From an uncultured Gemmatimonadaceae bacterium (GTDB lineage Bacteria > Gemmatimonadota > Gemmatimonadetes > Gemmatimonadales > Gemmatimonadaceae), in NCBI GenBank assembly GCA_963740355.1, contig CAVUDW010000003.1:128001-192000 (forward strand): 64,000 nucleotides of DNA, in the 5' to 3' direction. Both the position numbers and the translations under genes were made by a program. Below the pieces are notes generated by a model. It had not been told where the DNA came from. It searched no databases and saw only the letters and a list, made by a program, of their open reading frames with translations. Positions 9,201 through 19,082 of the stretch are shown here, in pieces (position 1 is the stretch's first letter; each line of letters begins with the position of its first letter).

Positions 9201-12200
9201 CGTGGTTGGTGTGCTGACGATCTGCTGGCTGGTGGCGCCGCGTGTGATGGTGGCATTGAGTCGTCCATCGAGTGCCGCACGCCGCGTCCTGAGCAGCGGT
9301 GCCCGTGACGCAGCGATGCGCTACGCAGCACTCCACTGGCAGTACTTCGACACGTTCGTGACCGCCGAGACACACTGGCTCGCTCCCGACAACTTCCAGG
9401 CCGACCCGGACCCTGTCGTCGCGATGCGGACGTCGCCGACGAACATCGGATTGCAGTTACTGGCCACGGTGTGCGCGTACGACCTTGCCTTGATCAGCGC
9501 GTTGGAGATGACGAGTCGCCTCGAGCGCACCTTCGCCACCATGGCGTCGTTGCGGCGGTACCGCGGGCACTTTTACAACTGGTACGACCTCACGGACCTG
9601 CATGTACTGGAGCCGCCCTACATCAGTACGGTCGACAGCGGGAACATGGCCGGGCACCTGGTCGCGTTGCGGCAGGCGTGCCTTGCCATCGCTGGCGCCG
9701 AAGATGCCGTCCGCGAACGGCTGCATGCGCTGGCGAATGCCGCATACCAGTATGTCGTCGAGATGGAGTTCGGGTTCCTCTACGAGCCTGGGCGCAAGCT
9801 GTTCACGATCGGGTATCACCCGGAGTCGTTCACGCCGGACGACTCGTACTACGACCTGCTGGCGTCGGAGGCTCGCCTCGCAAGCTTCATCGCCATCGCT
9901 CGCAACGACGTGCCGCTGGAGCACTGGTTCCGCCTCTCGCGCAGCCTGAGCCGAACGGCTGGGTCGACGGCGCTGGTGTCGTGGAGCGGGAGCATGTTCG
10001 AGTACCTGATGCCGGTCCTGGTGATGCGGTCCCTGCCCTACACGCTGCTGGCGCAGACGTACGACGGCGTGGTCGAGCGTCACATGGCGTATGCGCGCAC
10101 GCGCAACGTGCCGTGGGGCGTGAGCGAAAGTGCGTACAACTTCCGAGATCGTCACCAGACGTACCAGTACCGCGCCTTCGGCATTCCGGACCTCGCGCTG
10201 AAGCGTGGCCTGGGGCGTGACCTCGTGGTCGCTCCATACGCCACGGCACTCGCCGCACAGGTGGATCCGACGCGCGCGATGAACAACCTCCGCACGCTCG
10301 AGGCGATGGGTGCCCTCGGTGAATACGGATTCTGTGATGCGATCGACTACACACGTCCACCCCAGGGTGGCCGGGTGGCCTTCGTGCGAGCGTACTTCGC
10401 CCACCACGTCGGCATGTCCCTCGTCTCGCTCACGAATGTGCTGATGAAGGACACGTGGCAGGACCGATTCCACGCTGACCCGCTGGTAAAGTCCGTCGAG
10501 CTGCTGCTGCATGAGCGCGTGCCGCGGCGCCTCATCCTGCAGGAGGCGCAATCGGCCCAACCCGACGAGGCGCGCCCGTCGCCCGAGACCGATCGCCCGG
10601 TGGTGCGCGAAGTGAACACGATGGTGCCATCGGCGCCACGTATCGCACTCCTCGGTTCAGTGCCGTACACCGTGATGCTCAATCACAACGGCAGCGGATT
10701 CAGCCGTTACGAGAACATCGCCGTCACACGCTGGCGTGCCGACAGCACGCTCGACGACACCGGCCAGTTCTGCTACATCAACGACATCACCGCCGGCCGC
10801 ATCTGGTCGGCCGCGCATCAGCCGATTGGTGCGCCGGCCGACTCGAGCCGTGCGTGGCTCGCCTCCGATCGCGTCACGCTTCATCGCGTTGACGGTGACA
10901 TCGAGACGCGGACCGAGATCACCGTCGTTCCCGCCGACAGCGCCGAGGTGCGGCGCGTCACGCTCACGAACACCGGGAGTGAGCCGCACGAGATCGAGCT
11001 GACGAGCTACGGTGAGGTCGCGATGACGACGCAGGGTGCCGACCTCGCACATCCGGCGTTCTCCAACCTGTTCGTCGAGACGGAATGGCATGGCTGGTGC
11101 ACTGCCATCACCGCCACCCGGCGTCCACGGATGCCGGACGACCTGCAGCTCTGGTGTGTGCACGTGGTGGATTCTGGCCGCGAGCGAATCGGTGCGGTGA
11201 CCTGTGAGACGGATCGAGCCCGATTCATTGGGCGAGGCAATACGGTTCGCGATCCTTCCGCGATGACCACCGCCGGTGAGCTCTCTGGAACCACAGGCCC
11301 GGTGCTCGACCCGATCTTCGCCCTCCGAACACGCGTCAGCGTCGCACCGGGACAATCGGTGAGCGTGGCATTCACCACGCTCGTCGCCACCACCCGTCAG
11401 GCGGCCTTCGAGTTGGCGGGCCGCTATCACGATTCACACGCAGCGCAGCGCGCCCTCGATTTCGCCTGGACGGCGACACAGGTCGAGTTGCAGGCCCTCG
11501 GCATCACGCCATCCAACGGCGCCGTCTTCCAGGAGCTTGCCAGCCAGCTGTTGTTCCTCGGCGGATCGCTTGCGCCACCGCACGATGAACTGCGACGCAG
11601 CCGCGGGTCACAGCCCCTGCTCTGGGCGCACGGCATCTCCGGCGACAACGCGATCGTCCTCGCGACGATCGATTCCATCGATGGCTTGCCGACCTTGCGC
11701 GAACTCTTTGCCGCGCACCGCTACTGGCGGCGACGCGGGCTCACCGTCGACCTCGTCGTGGTCAACTGCCATCAGGCCGACTACCTCCAGGAATTGCGGG
11801 ACGGGATCACGGAAGCGATGGTCGCAGCCAATGATGCGTCCCTCATGGATCGGCCGGGTGGCGTGTTCATCCGCCGCCGCGAGCTGTTTCTGGCGGACGA
11901 CTTCCTGATGTTGTCCGCCACCTCCCGCGTCCATGTGACCTGCGACGGCCGGTCGTTGACGCGCGTTCTGGCAAGCGCCGATACCTTCGCCGCCGATGAA
12001 GCGACGGGGGCCCTGTCGACCGCTGTAGCCCGCGCCGCTGATCGCGTCACACCGGCGCAGGTCGTGGTCATCGATCGCAGCGGACCACTGGCCACACTCG
12101 TCTCCGCGCTTCGTCCGCTGGTGGCGCCGCTGATTCCACGTGCCCCACGCCAGCGGCATCGCGCCGCCACTGTCGTCAGCAATGACCCGCCGCTCCAATT

Positions 12201-14601
12201 CGGTAATGGCATCGGCGGACTGGATGCGAACAACGACTACCGGATCGACGTCGACGACTCACGCCTCCCACCTGCACCGTGGGCAAACGTGATTGCGAAT
12301 GCAGCCGGGGGTTTCCTCGTCACGGAGCGTGGCGCTGGCTGCACATGGGCAGAGAACGCGTATTTCTATCGGCTGACGCCCTGGCACAACGATCCCGTCT
12401 CCGATCCGGTCAGCGACGCGATCTATCTGCAGGACGACGACACGGAAGATCTCTGGTCCGCGACGCCGGCCCCGGTCGACGGCGATGGCCCGTACCGCGT
12501 GACGCATGCGCCAGGTTGCTCCACATTCGAGCACGAGCATGATGGCATCCGCACCGAACTGCGACTGGGCGTCCCGACGCGCGAGGCCGTCAAGCTGTCA
12601 GCGCTGCGGATCACGAACCTGACGGCGCGTACGCGTCGCCTGACCGTCACTGCGTACGCGGAGTGGACGCTTGGTGCGCGTCGCGACGAGTCGCAGTATC
12701 ACGTCCGGACGCGGTTCGCGGCCGAGCATCAGGCGGTCTTTGCGCAGAACCTGTTCGATCCGCTGTTTGCGGAGTGGACTGCGTTCCTTGCCACCAGTGA
12801 GGCGGTCAGCAGCTTCACGACCGACCGGTTGTCCTTTCTCGGCCGCAACGGCCACGTGGGCGCGCCGGCGGGGTTGCGTGAACGCGGGCTCGACGGGAGT
12901 GCCGGTGTGGGTCTCGACCCATGCGCGGCCCTCCAGATGACCATCACGCTTGCTGCTGGTGAGTCACGAGACGTCAGCATCCTGCTGGGCGCTGCCAGGA
13001 CGCACGCTGAGGCGCGCACGACCCTCGAGAGGCTTCGGCCGGCCGCGCAATCGCAGGCCGCGATTTCGGATGCCGTCACGGAGTGGAAGACGCGGCTCGG
13101 CGTGATCACGGTGTCCACGCCGGATGCCGCGTTCGACGCCATGCTCAACAAATGGTCGCTGTATCAGGCCCTCTCCTGCCGGATGTGGGCCCGCATGGGC
13201 CTGTACCAGAGCAGTGGGGCGTACGGTTTCCGCGATCAGCTGCAGGACACGATGGCCTTCGTCTATGCCGAGCCAGCCATCGCGCGAGAGCATATCCTGC
13301 GTGCGGCGGCCCGACAGTTCGAGGAAGGCGATGTCCAGCACTGGTGGCACGCCCACAGCGGACGCGGCGTGCGGACGCGCTTTTCCGACGATCTGGCCTG
13401 GCTGCCATTCGTGGTCGAACGGTATGTGACCGTCACCGGTGACCTGAGCGTACTCGACGAGTACGTGCCGTTCATCACCATGCGCCAGCTGGCACCACAC
13501 GAGCATGAGCTGTACGACCTTCCGACGGTGACCGACGAGCATGGCAGCATTTACGAACACTGTCGCCGTGCCCTGCGCCGTGCCTGCACGTTCGGTCCAC
13601 ATGGATTGCCGCTGATCGGCACCGGCGACTGGAACGACGGCATGAGCCGCGTCGGTGCCGACGGCAAGGGCGAAAGTGTCTGGCTGGCGTGGTTCCTGAT
13701 CAAGACGATGCGGAGTTTCGCCTTGCTGGCCGACGCCCGCGCCGACACGGCCGAGGCGGAGTTCATGCGAACGATGAGCGACCGCTACGCTGCAGCGGTC
13801 GAGGTGAGCGGCTGGGACGGTGGCTGGTATCGTCGCGCCTATTACGACAATGGACAGCCGATCGGCTCAGCCACGAGCGACGAGTGCAAGATCGACTCGA
13901 TCGCACAAAGCTGGAGCGTGATTTCCGGCGCAGCACCCGAGGCACGTCAGGCGCAGGCGATGAGCGCGATGGACGAACAACTGGTGCGGGACGACGATCG
14001 CCTGATCGTATTGCTCACGCCGCCATTCGATGGGACGACCAACGATCCAGGCTACATCCGTGGCTACCTGCCAGGGGTGCGTGAGAATGGTGGGCAGTAC
14101 ACACACGCGGCGCTGTGGGCCGTGCTTGCGACGGCGATGCGTGGCGATGGTGATCGCGCCTTCGAGCTGTTCCAGATGCTCAACCCTCTCACGCACTCAG
14201 CCACACCAGAGGCGGTCGCGAAGTACAAGGTCGAGCCGTATGTGATTGCGGCTGACGTGTACACATCACCATCTCATGTGGGCCGCGGCGGCTGGACTTG
14301 GTACACGGGCTCGGCGAGCTGGATGTATCGTGTTGGCCTGGAAGCCATTCTGGGCTTCGAGAAGGTTGGTGACACGCTTCGGTTCGCGCCGTCGGTGCCA
14401 GCCGATTGGCCCGCCTACAAGCTGACATATCGGTATGGCCGCACGTCGTATGAAATCGAGGTCCGATCGCCCGCACGTGTGAAGGCACACGGGGCACGGA
14501 TCTCCGTAGGCGGAGTGAGGGTCGCCGGGAATGCCATCCGGCTCGTCGACGACGGGCAGTCACGTACCGTGATCGTGGAGCCTGAAACCAGCACGTCCTG
14601 A
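6235..14601 (+). CDS. cgs: Cyclic beta-1,2-glucan synthase (Cgs/NdvB/ChvB type; GT84 plus GH94 domains)
   Basis: 2788 aa; EWLLDNYY, WMGWERKRGK, ITLDSDT, LLSHDLIEG, RWIRGDWQL, SWSGSMFEYLMP, GFRDQLQD, GDWNDG, RENGGQYTH, WYTGSA motifs. Confidence 0.93.
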   Translation: MSTRAERSRAEAADELLTGPIVGELLGADHLAARARAVARGQRLVTTQTPLRPARLLARLADTRRILTDAQARLISAAAAGVDAGPAAEWLLDNYYVVQEHLQEVRASLPGGYYRELPELATGPLTGYPRVYEMAISLISHTEARVDLENVDLYVESFQSVTPLSLGELWAMPAMLRLGLIESVRRMTLRTMQRLDEIGLATLWSDRILDASARGGTPLREALREFADAEHELTPHFVSRFLQLLRQTEGASPPLAWLEHWMRDAGVSPETAVAQSTHRVTLTQIMMANSITSLRDIGRRDWRIFVEKQSVMETVLQTDPSGHYPVMTFATRDRYRHVVERIAKKTGHRETSVAQWAIDLARSPVSDANAPLADVRTHVGYFLIDAGVTELERVAGYTPTLGERIERAVHTYPNVVFLGGLGTLVLLATSFVLLLVEPDARESIWLLLLLAFLPALDIAVTILNQLVTALLPPDTLPRLDLYTNGVPAAYRTAVVIPTLFGSVGDVHDALETLEVQFLANREAHLHFAILSDFTDAVTETTAADDAILDAALTGIQELNDRHVHERHVDDGIGPFHLLHRPRKWNAHEGVWMGWERKRGKLSDFNRLVRGESLSAFTVIAGDTNALMGVKYVITLDSDTVLPPDAAPSLVGAMAHPLNRAVYDAKRGMVRGYGILQPRVSVSLPSAHRSRFAAIASGHPGVDPYSTAVSDVYQDLYGEGTFTGKGIYDVDAFQVATHGRFPENTLLSHDLIEGNYARAGLATDVIVYDDYPTTYVAATRRKHRWIRGDWQLLPWLSRTVPGPDGPERNRLSLVSQWKIVDNLRRSTVEIAQLIFLVGGWTLLPGSALRWTLLGLGAIVAPWVTALIIAVLRPPLDKSWRAYYEAVAQDAVVSLEQALIAILTLPHQALVSADAIFRTLYRLLVSHRKMLEWQSASLVEKSLTDISAITHRAMRASVLLSGFGMLMVAANAIRRQQQLGLPLSGLEMTAFVVGVLTICWLVAPRVMVALSRPSSAARRVLSSGARDAAMRYAALHWQYFDTFVTAETHWLAPDNFQADPDPVVAMRTSPTNIGLQLLATVCAYDLALISALEMTSRLERTFATMASLRRYRGHFYNWYDLTDLHVLEPPYISTVDSGNMAGHLVALRQACLAIAGAEDAVRERLHALANAAYQYVVEMEFGFLYEPGRKLFTIGYHPESFTPDDSYYDLLASEARLASFIAIARNDVPLEHWFRLSRSLSRTAGSTALVSWSGSMFEYLMPVLVMRSLPYTLLAQTYDGVVERHMAYARTRNVPWGVSESAYNFRDRHQTYQYRAFGIPDLALKRGLGRDLVVAPYATALAAQVDPTRAMNNLRTLEAMGALGEYGFCDAIDYTRPPQGGRVAFVRAYFAHHVGMSLVSLTNVLMKDTWQDRFHADPLVKSVELLLHERVPRRLILQEAQSAQPDEARPSPETDRPVVREVNTMVPSAPRIALLGSVPYTVMLNHNGSGFSRYENIAVTRWRADSTLDDTGQFCYINDITAGRIWSAAHQPIGAPADSSRAWLASDRVTLHRVDGDIETRTEITVVPADSAEVRRVTLTNTGSEPHEIELTSYGEVAMTTQGADLAHPAFSNLFVETEWHGWCTAITATRRPRMPDDLQLWCVHVVDSGRERIGAVTCETDRARFIGRGNTVRDPSAMTTAGELSGTTGPVLDPIFALRTRVSVAPGQSVSVAFTTLVATTRQAAFELAGRYHDSHAAQRALDFAWTATQVELQALGITPSNGAVFQELASQLLFLGGSLAPPHDELRRSRGSQPLLWAHGISGDNAIVLATIDSIDGLPTLRELFAAHRYWRRRGLTVDLVVVNCHQADYLQELRDGITEAMVAANDASLMDRPGGVFIRRRELFLADDFLMLSATSRVHVTCDGRSLTRVLASADTFAADEATGALSTAVARAADRVTPAQVVVIDRSGPLATLVSALRPLVAPLIPRAPRQRHRAATVVSNDPPLQFGNGIGGLDANNDYRIDVDDSRLPPAPWANVIANAAGGFLVTERGAGCTWAENAYFYRLTPWHNDPVSDPVSDAIYLQDDDTEDLWSATPAPVDGDGPYRVTHAPGCSTFEHEHDGIRTELRLGVPTREAVKLSALRITNLTARTRRLTVTAYAEWTLGARRDESQYHVRTRFAAEHQAVFAQNLFDPLFAEWTAFLATSEAVSSFTTDRLSFLGRNGHVGAPAGLRERGLDGSAGVGLDPCAALQMTITLAAGESRDVSILLGAARTHAEARTTLERLRPAAQSQAAISDAVTEWKTRLGVITVSTPDAAFDAMLNKWSLYQALSCRMWARMGLYQSSGAYGFRDQLQDTMAFVYAEPAIAREHILRAAARQFEEGDVQHWWHAHSGRGVRTRFSDDLAWLPFVVERYVTVTGDLSVLDEYVPFITMRQLAPHEHELYDLPTVTDEHGSIYEHCRRALRRACTFGPHGLPLIGTGDWNDGMSRVGADGKGESVWLAWFLIKTMRSFALLADARADTAEAEFMRTMSDRYAAAVEVSGWDGGWYRRAYYDNGQPIGSATSDECKIDSIAQSWSVISGAAPEARQAQAMSAMDEQLVRDDDRLIVLLTPPFDGTTNDPGYIRGYLPGVRENGGQYTHAALWAVLATAMRGDGDRAFELFQMLNPLTHSATPEAVAKYKVEPYVIAADVYTSPSHVGRGGWTWYTGSASWMYRVGLEAILGFEKVGDTLRFAPSVPADWPAYKLTYRYGRTSYEIEVRSPARVKAHGARISVGGVRVAGNAIRLVDDGQSRTVIVEPETSTS

Positions 14602-14640
14602 CGTCGTAGTGGAGGAAGAATCCACTATCTGCATGAGGAC

Positions 14641-15174
14641 GTGCTCGTGTTGCTTCTGACAAATACTCGCCGCGTTGCCTCGACACTGGCCGTTGCCGCC
14701 ATGACGGGGATGACTGCCTGTGGTGCGGATGGCACGACGGCCCCACGCCCGGTGCCAGTCGAGGATGGTCGCCTGACGCTGTCACAGGTTGGCGCCCAGA
14801 AGATTCCTGTGATGGTTGATGAGTTCAGCGTTGATTCCGGCGACGCGGCGCTGCGATACGAGACGTGGGTCGAAGGTGGCGAGCTCACCCTCACCTCGGT
14901 CGGTACGCCGCGTTATGAACTGAATGTGCGATACGCGACGTACGGCGTCACGTTCGTGGATGGCCAGAAGGTGCTGCGGTTGATTGGCACATCCCGCGAA
15001 CGCGACCACGGTCAGGTGCAGCATGACTCCCGGGGGGAGATGGTGCTGACGTCTGACTACATCGCACCGCTGGTGCACACGGCGAGTCCAGTGACGGGCG
15101 GTGTCCGCATGGCGTATCGCGTTCCCGGCGACGACGTGATCCGCGACCTCTTCTACCGTCGCGAGCCGGACTGA
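14641..15174 (+). CDS. Hypothetical lipoprotein
   Basis: Signal peptide ending in a lipobox-like MTAC; beta-rich mature region; start uncertain. Confidence 0.65.
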   Translation: MLVLLLTNTRRVASTLAVAAMTGMTACGADGTTAPRPVPVEDGRLTLSQVGAQKIPVMVDEFSVDSGDAALRYETWVEGGELTLTSVGTPRYELNVRYATYGVTFVDGQKVLRLIGTSRERDHGQVQHDSRGEMVLTSDYIAPLVHTASPVTGGVRMAYRVPGDDVIRDLFYRREPD

Positions 15175-15209
15175 CACGTTCTCGAAGCGCAGCCAGCATG
15201 ATCCCGTTC

Positions 15210-15247
15210 GATGATGATGATGATGATGATGGTGATGATAATGATGG
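15210..15247. repeat. Imperfect (GAT)n trinucleotide microsatellite
   Basis: 7 perfect GAT units (15210-15230) followed by GGT GAT GAT AAT GAT. Confidence 0.95.
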
Positions 15248-15281
15248 CGCCCTGAGCGACTTCTAGCTCGCGGCATGTCCA

Positions 15282-15333
15282 GCAACGAAGGCCGGCCAGT
15301 CTCAGGAAATCGAGACTGGCCGGCCTTCATTGC
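15282..15333 (-). terminator. Long hairpin between convergent lipoprotein and BLUF genes
   Basis: Perfect 17-bp arms GAAGGCCGGCCAGTCTC (15287-15303) and GAGACTGGCCGGCCTTC (15312-15328), 8-nt loop; extends via a G.U pair on the minus strand; no U-tract. Confidence 0.65.
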
Positions 15334-15386
15334 ATCAGGTGTGCGCGATCGTCGCACACACCATGATCGCCTTCTCCTGCGCGGCG

Positions 15387-15854
15387 CTAGCCGACGGTCT
15401 TCATCTCCCCAGACAAGCGCAGATCCTTTCGCCGTTCCACCTCGGCAAGCTCCGTCAGGAACGACAACGCCTGGCCGGCCGACATGGTCCATGGCTCGAA
15501 CGCCTGCATGCCCGAATGCCGCATCACCAACTCACGTCGCTGCGGCGTGTAGGCCTCATCGAAGCTGATCATCTTCATCGACCAATCGATGAAGCTCCGC
15601 ATGTCGATCGGGGTGCAGCTGAGAATCTCGGTATCGTGGTGTCGAGTGTCACGCACGATCCGGTTGTACAGCTGGTTGACGTGCACCCGGCGTCCCTCGA
15701 TGGCCTGCAGGAACGCGCCACCGCTGAAGCACAGAATTCCACTGATGCCGTTCGGCGTATTGAACGCCTTGGCCGACGCGCGAATCTGCCGGTAGTCATC
15801 GAGACTGAACCCGGGACGGGCGACGCTGGCGTAGATGAGTCGTATGATCTGCAT
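15387..15854 (-). CDS. Stand-alone BLUF blue-light photoreceptor
   Basis: RLIYAS (Tyr), N...GISGIL, FLQAIEG (Gln), DTRH, FIDWSM (Trp/Met) BLUF signature; short C-terminal helical cap, no output domain. Confidence 0.92.
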   Translation of the reverse strand: MQIIRLIYASVARPGFSLDDYRQIRASAKAFNTPNGISGILCFSGGAFLQAIEGRRVHVNQLYNRIVRDTRHHDTEILSCTPIDMRSFIDWSMKMISFDEAYTPQRRELVMRHSGMQAFEPWTMSAGQALSFLTELAEVERRKDLRLSGEMKTVG

Positions 15855-16251
15855 GCCTCGCAGTCTCGGTAGGCATTGGCATCAGGTTGAGTCTTGGTCA
15901 CGGCACGGCACGCCAGTCCTACCAGGATCCTGCATCGTTCATCGATAGCAGGGATCCTTGCAATTGGCACACGAGTCCATCGCGACGATTGCGGCGCATG
16001 TTTCTCGACGATCGGATATTCGGACCGGCTAGTCTCAAGAATGGCACCAAGATGAAGAGCAGCTCAGAAAACACGGGGATTCCCCTACAAACATGGCCGA
16101 TTCTGGCCTGTTTCGCACGCAAGATTGGAACGCCGCAACTCATTAAATGCCATACACATAAAGGCGTTACAGCTTCACCTGACAACTGCCGAGCATTGCA
16201 GGAACAGCGGACGATTCCGAGGCACATCCCGCTCCTCACTTCCTCACGAAG

Positions 16252-18513
16252 ATGGACGACCTCCTCAGGGACTTCCTGACCGAAAGCAGCGAGAACCTTG
16301 GCAAGCTCGATAACGACATCGTCGAACTCGAGCAGCATCCCGAGGACACCGCGCGCTTGAATTGCGTCTTCCGCACCATTCACACGATCAAGGGAACGTG
16401 CGGATTTCTTGGACTCGTTCGGCTGGAAGGCATTGCACATGCGACCGAGAACGTGCTCGACGCACTGCGCGCTGGCCGTCTGACGGTTCAGGAGGAATTG
16501 ATCGGCGACGTGCTCGCGGCCATCGACTGCATCAAGATGGTGCTGCAGACGCTCGAGACCACGGAAGTGGAACCGGAAGGTGACGACGCGGCACTGATCA
16601 CGCGGCTCGAGCGCTGGCTTCCCGCGTCGGAGCGTGTGCATGAGTTGCCTGACGCGAGCCAGATTGCCGCAATCGCAGCGGGGCCGCTGGTGCCGGTCGA
16701 GCGCGCCGCCATCAGTGCTGCGGAGGCGCCACTCGCTCCGAGCGCCGGAAGCGATGCGAGTGAGGCACAGGGGCGCGATGGTGCGTCATGGGATGGCGTC
16801 GAGCGTCGGAATGGCAAGCCCGAAGCGCACGTTGCCGAGAGCACGCTGCGCGTCGGCGTCGACGTCCTCGACAAGCTGATGAACCTCGTCGGCGAGCTGG
16901 CCCTCGGGCGCAACCAGCTGTTGCAACTCGCCGCCTCGGAGGAGGAGTCACCCTTCGCCAAGCCGGTGCAACAGCTGGATCGCGTCACGACCGACCTGCT
17001 CGAGGCGGTGATGAAGACGCGCATGCAGCCGATCGGGAATGCCTGGACGAAGTTGCCGCGGTTGGTGCGTGACCTGTCGCAGTCGAGCGGCAAGCACATC
17101 ACCCTCGTGATGCATGGCGCGGAGACCGATCTCGATCGGCAGATCCTGCAGGCGATCCAGGATCCCCTCACACACATGATCCGCAATTCCGCCGACCATG
17201 GCGTGGAATCGCCATCGGTCCGTCGTGAGGCGGGCAAGTCGGAGACCGGCACCATTCGTCTCAGCGCCCGCCATGAGGGCGGCCATGTGGTGATCGAGAT
17301 TGCGGATGATGGCGCCGGCATCAATGCGGCCCGCGTGCGTCGGAAGGCGGTCGAGCGCGGCCTGATCAAGGCGGACGTCGCCGATGCCATGCCCGACGCG
17401 CAGATCCTGCGCTACATCTTCGAGCCTGGCTTCTCGACCGCCGAGCAGGTGACCAACGTCTCGGGACGAGGTGTTGGGATGGACGTCGTCCGCAGCAATA
17501 TCGATGCGATCGGCGGCACGGTGGAACTGTCGTCCCAGATGGGGCTGGGCACGACGGTTCGGATCAAGATTCCGCTGACCCTTGCCATCATCTCCGCGCT
17601 GCTCGTCGGCACGGCGGGTGAATCGTTCGCGGTGCCGCAAATCGGCATCGTCGAGCTGGTCCGGGTGACGGAGGATCAGCAGCATCTAGTGGAAGACGTG
17701 CACGGTGCACAGTTCTATCGCCTGCGCGAAACACTGCTGCCACTCGTGCCGCTGCGCACGCTGCTCAACCTCGGCGCCGGCTCTCCGACCGCGACATACA
17801 ACATCGTGGTCTGTCAGGTGGGCGAGGCGCGATTCGGGCTCGTCGTCGAGGAGGTCTTCGATACCCAGGAGATCGTGGTCAAGCCGGTGGGCCGCTTGAT
17901 CAAGCATCTGTCGGCCTACGCCGGGTGCACGATCACCGGCGACGGGCGCGTGATCATGATCCTCGACACGACCGGCATCGCCAACATCGCGAACGTCGCC
18001 AGCAGCCAGACGCGCGACGAGGCGGAGCGTGCCTCGCAGCAGGCCGAGCGCGACCGTCTTGCCGCACAGGTCGATGCGAAGGAAAGTGTGCTGCTGTTCG
18101 ATGCCGGCCTCCCTGCCCTGCAGGCAGTGCCGCTCTCGCTGGTGGCTCGCCTCGAGGAGTTCCCGCTCTCCGCCATGGAAGAAGCGGACGGGCATTTCCT
18201 GGTGCAGTACCGCGGGGAGCTGATGCCGGTGATCGCATCGAGCCCGTCGGTCGACCTGCGAAGCATGGATCCGCGACCGGTGATCGTCTTCAGCGACCGG
18301 ACCCGGACCATCGGACTCGCGGTGAACGAGATCCGCGACATCGTCGAGGACCACGTCACCCTGCAACGACGCGCCACACGCGTTGGAGTGCTCGGCGTGG
18401 CAGTGATCGCTGGTCGTGCGACGGAAATGATCGACACCGACTACTTCCTGCGGCATGCGCACGGTGAAAGTGCCACCGCCACCGACTCCACTTCCATGAC
18501 GGTGGGCGCATGA
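16252..18513 (+). CDS. cheA: Chemotaxis histidine kinase with two C-terminal CheW-like domains
   Basis: Hpt IHTIKG, HMIRNSADHG, DDGAG, GFST, SGRGVGMDVV, tandem CheW-like domains. Confidence 0.96.
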   Translation: MDDLLRDFLTESSENLGKLDNDIVELEQHPEDTARLNCVFRTIHTIKGTCGFLGLVRLEGIAHATENVLDALRAGRLTVQEELIGDVLAAIDCIKMVLQTLETTEVEPEGDDAALITRLERWLPASERVHELPDASQIAAIAAGPLVPVERAAISAAEAPLAPSAGSDASEAQGRDGASWDGVERRNGKPEAHVAESTLRVGVDVLDKLMNLVGELALGRNQLLQLAASEEESPFAKPVQQLDRVTTDLLEAVMKTRMQPIGNAWTKLPRLVRDLSQSSGKHITLVMHGAETDLDRQILQAIQDPLTHMIRNSADHGVESPSVRREAGKSETGTIRLSARHEGGHVVIEIADDGAGINAARVRRKAVERGLIKADVADAMPDAQILRYIFEPGFSTAEQVTNVSGRGVGMDVVRSNIDAIGGTVELSSQMGLGTTVRIKIPLTLAIISALLVGTAGESFAVPQIGIVELVRVTEDQQHLVEDVHGAQFYRLRETLLPLVPLRTLLNLGAGSPTATYNIVVCQVGEARFGLVVEEVFDTQEIVVKPVGRLIKHLSAYAGCTITGDGRVIMILDTTGIANIANVASSQTRDEAERASQQAERDRLAAQVDAKESVLLFDAGLPALQAVPLSLVARLEEFPLSAMEEADGHFLVQYRGELMPVIASSPSVDLRSMDPRPVIVFSDRTRTIGLAVNEIRDIVEDHVTLQRRATRVGVLGVAVIAGRATEMIDTDYFLRHAHGESATATDSTSMTVGA

Positions 18514-18986
18514 GCACCAGAACCGCCGCACCCGGTACGAGCATACGCACCGGCCAGCTCGAGTACGTCACGTTCAGGCTCGCCGAGCAGTGGCTCGGCA
18601 TCCCGGTGATGGTCGTCCAGGAGGTGCTGGTGGCGATGCGCATTGCGCGCGTGCCGATGGCGCCGGATGCGATTGCCGGCTTTCTCAACCTGCGCGGGCA
18701 GATCGTCACGGCCGTCGACCTGCGCACCACGCTGCAGCTCGACGCCCGCGCCGCGGATGCAGAGATCATGAATGTCGTCGTCCAGCATGAGGGCGAGCTG
18801 TTCGCCTTCATGGTCGACGAAGTGGGTGATGTGGTGTCGGTGGAAAGCGACACCGTCGAACCTCCGCCAGCGACCCTCGACGCGCGTTGGCGAATGGCCT
18901 GCTCCGGCATCGTCCGTCGGGACCGCGGGCTGCTGCTGGTCATGAATGTTCACGAAGTGCTTCGCCTCGAGCACGTGTCCGGCTGA
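18510..18986 (+). CDS. cheW: Chemotaxis coupling protein
   Basis: VPMAPDAIAGFLNLRGQIVTAVDL; ATGA overlap with cheA. Confidence 0.95.
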   Translation: MSTRTAAPGTSIRTGQLEYVTFRLAEQWLGIPVMVVQEVLVAMRIARVPMAPDAIAGFLNLRGQIVTAVDLRTTLQLDARAADAEIMNVVVQHEGELFAFMVDEVGDVVSVESDTVEPPPATLDARWRMACSGIVRRDRGLLLVMNVHEVLRLEHVSG

Positions 18987-19082
18987 GCCCCCAGTGTGGC
19001 GGGCTCCCGACTGAGTTACAGAGGCGAGCCACACAGCAGCACATCCACCCATCGACACCACCATCCGCGCATCCCACTGACC

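Noticed and set aside
15210..15333. Classical his, thr or ilv attenuator
   Set aside because: No biosynthetic operon downstream on either strand, the hairpin precedes the His/Ile codons on the minus strand, and there is no U-tract
14782..15492. 236-aa minus-strand ORF containing poly-His as a full-length gene
   Set aside because: It overlaps the BLUF gene and lies antisense to the lipoprotein gene, with shadow-like composition; only the short tract is kept as a finding
16159..16200. Sigma28 promoter for the che operon (TAAAG...GCCGA)
   Set aside because: Spacing is far longer than the sigma28 consensus; similar candidates before the MCP at 37208 were also imperfect
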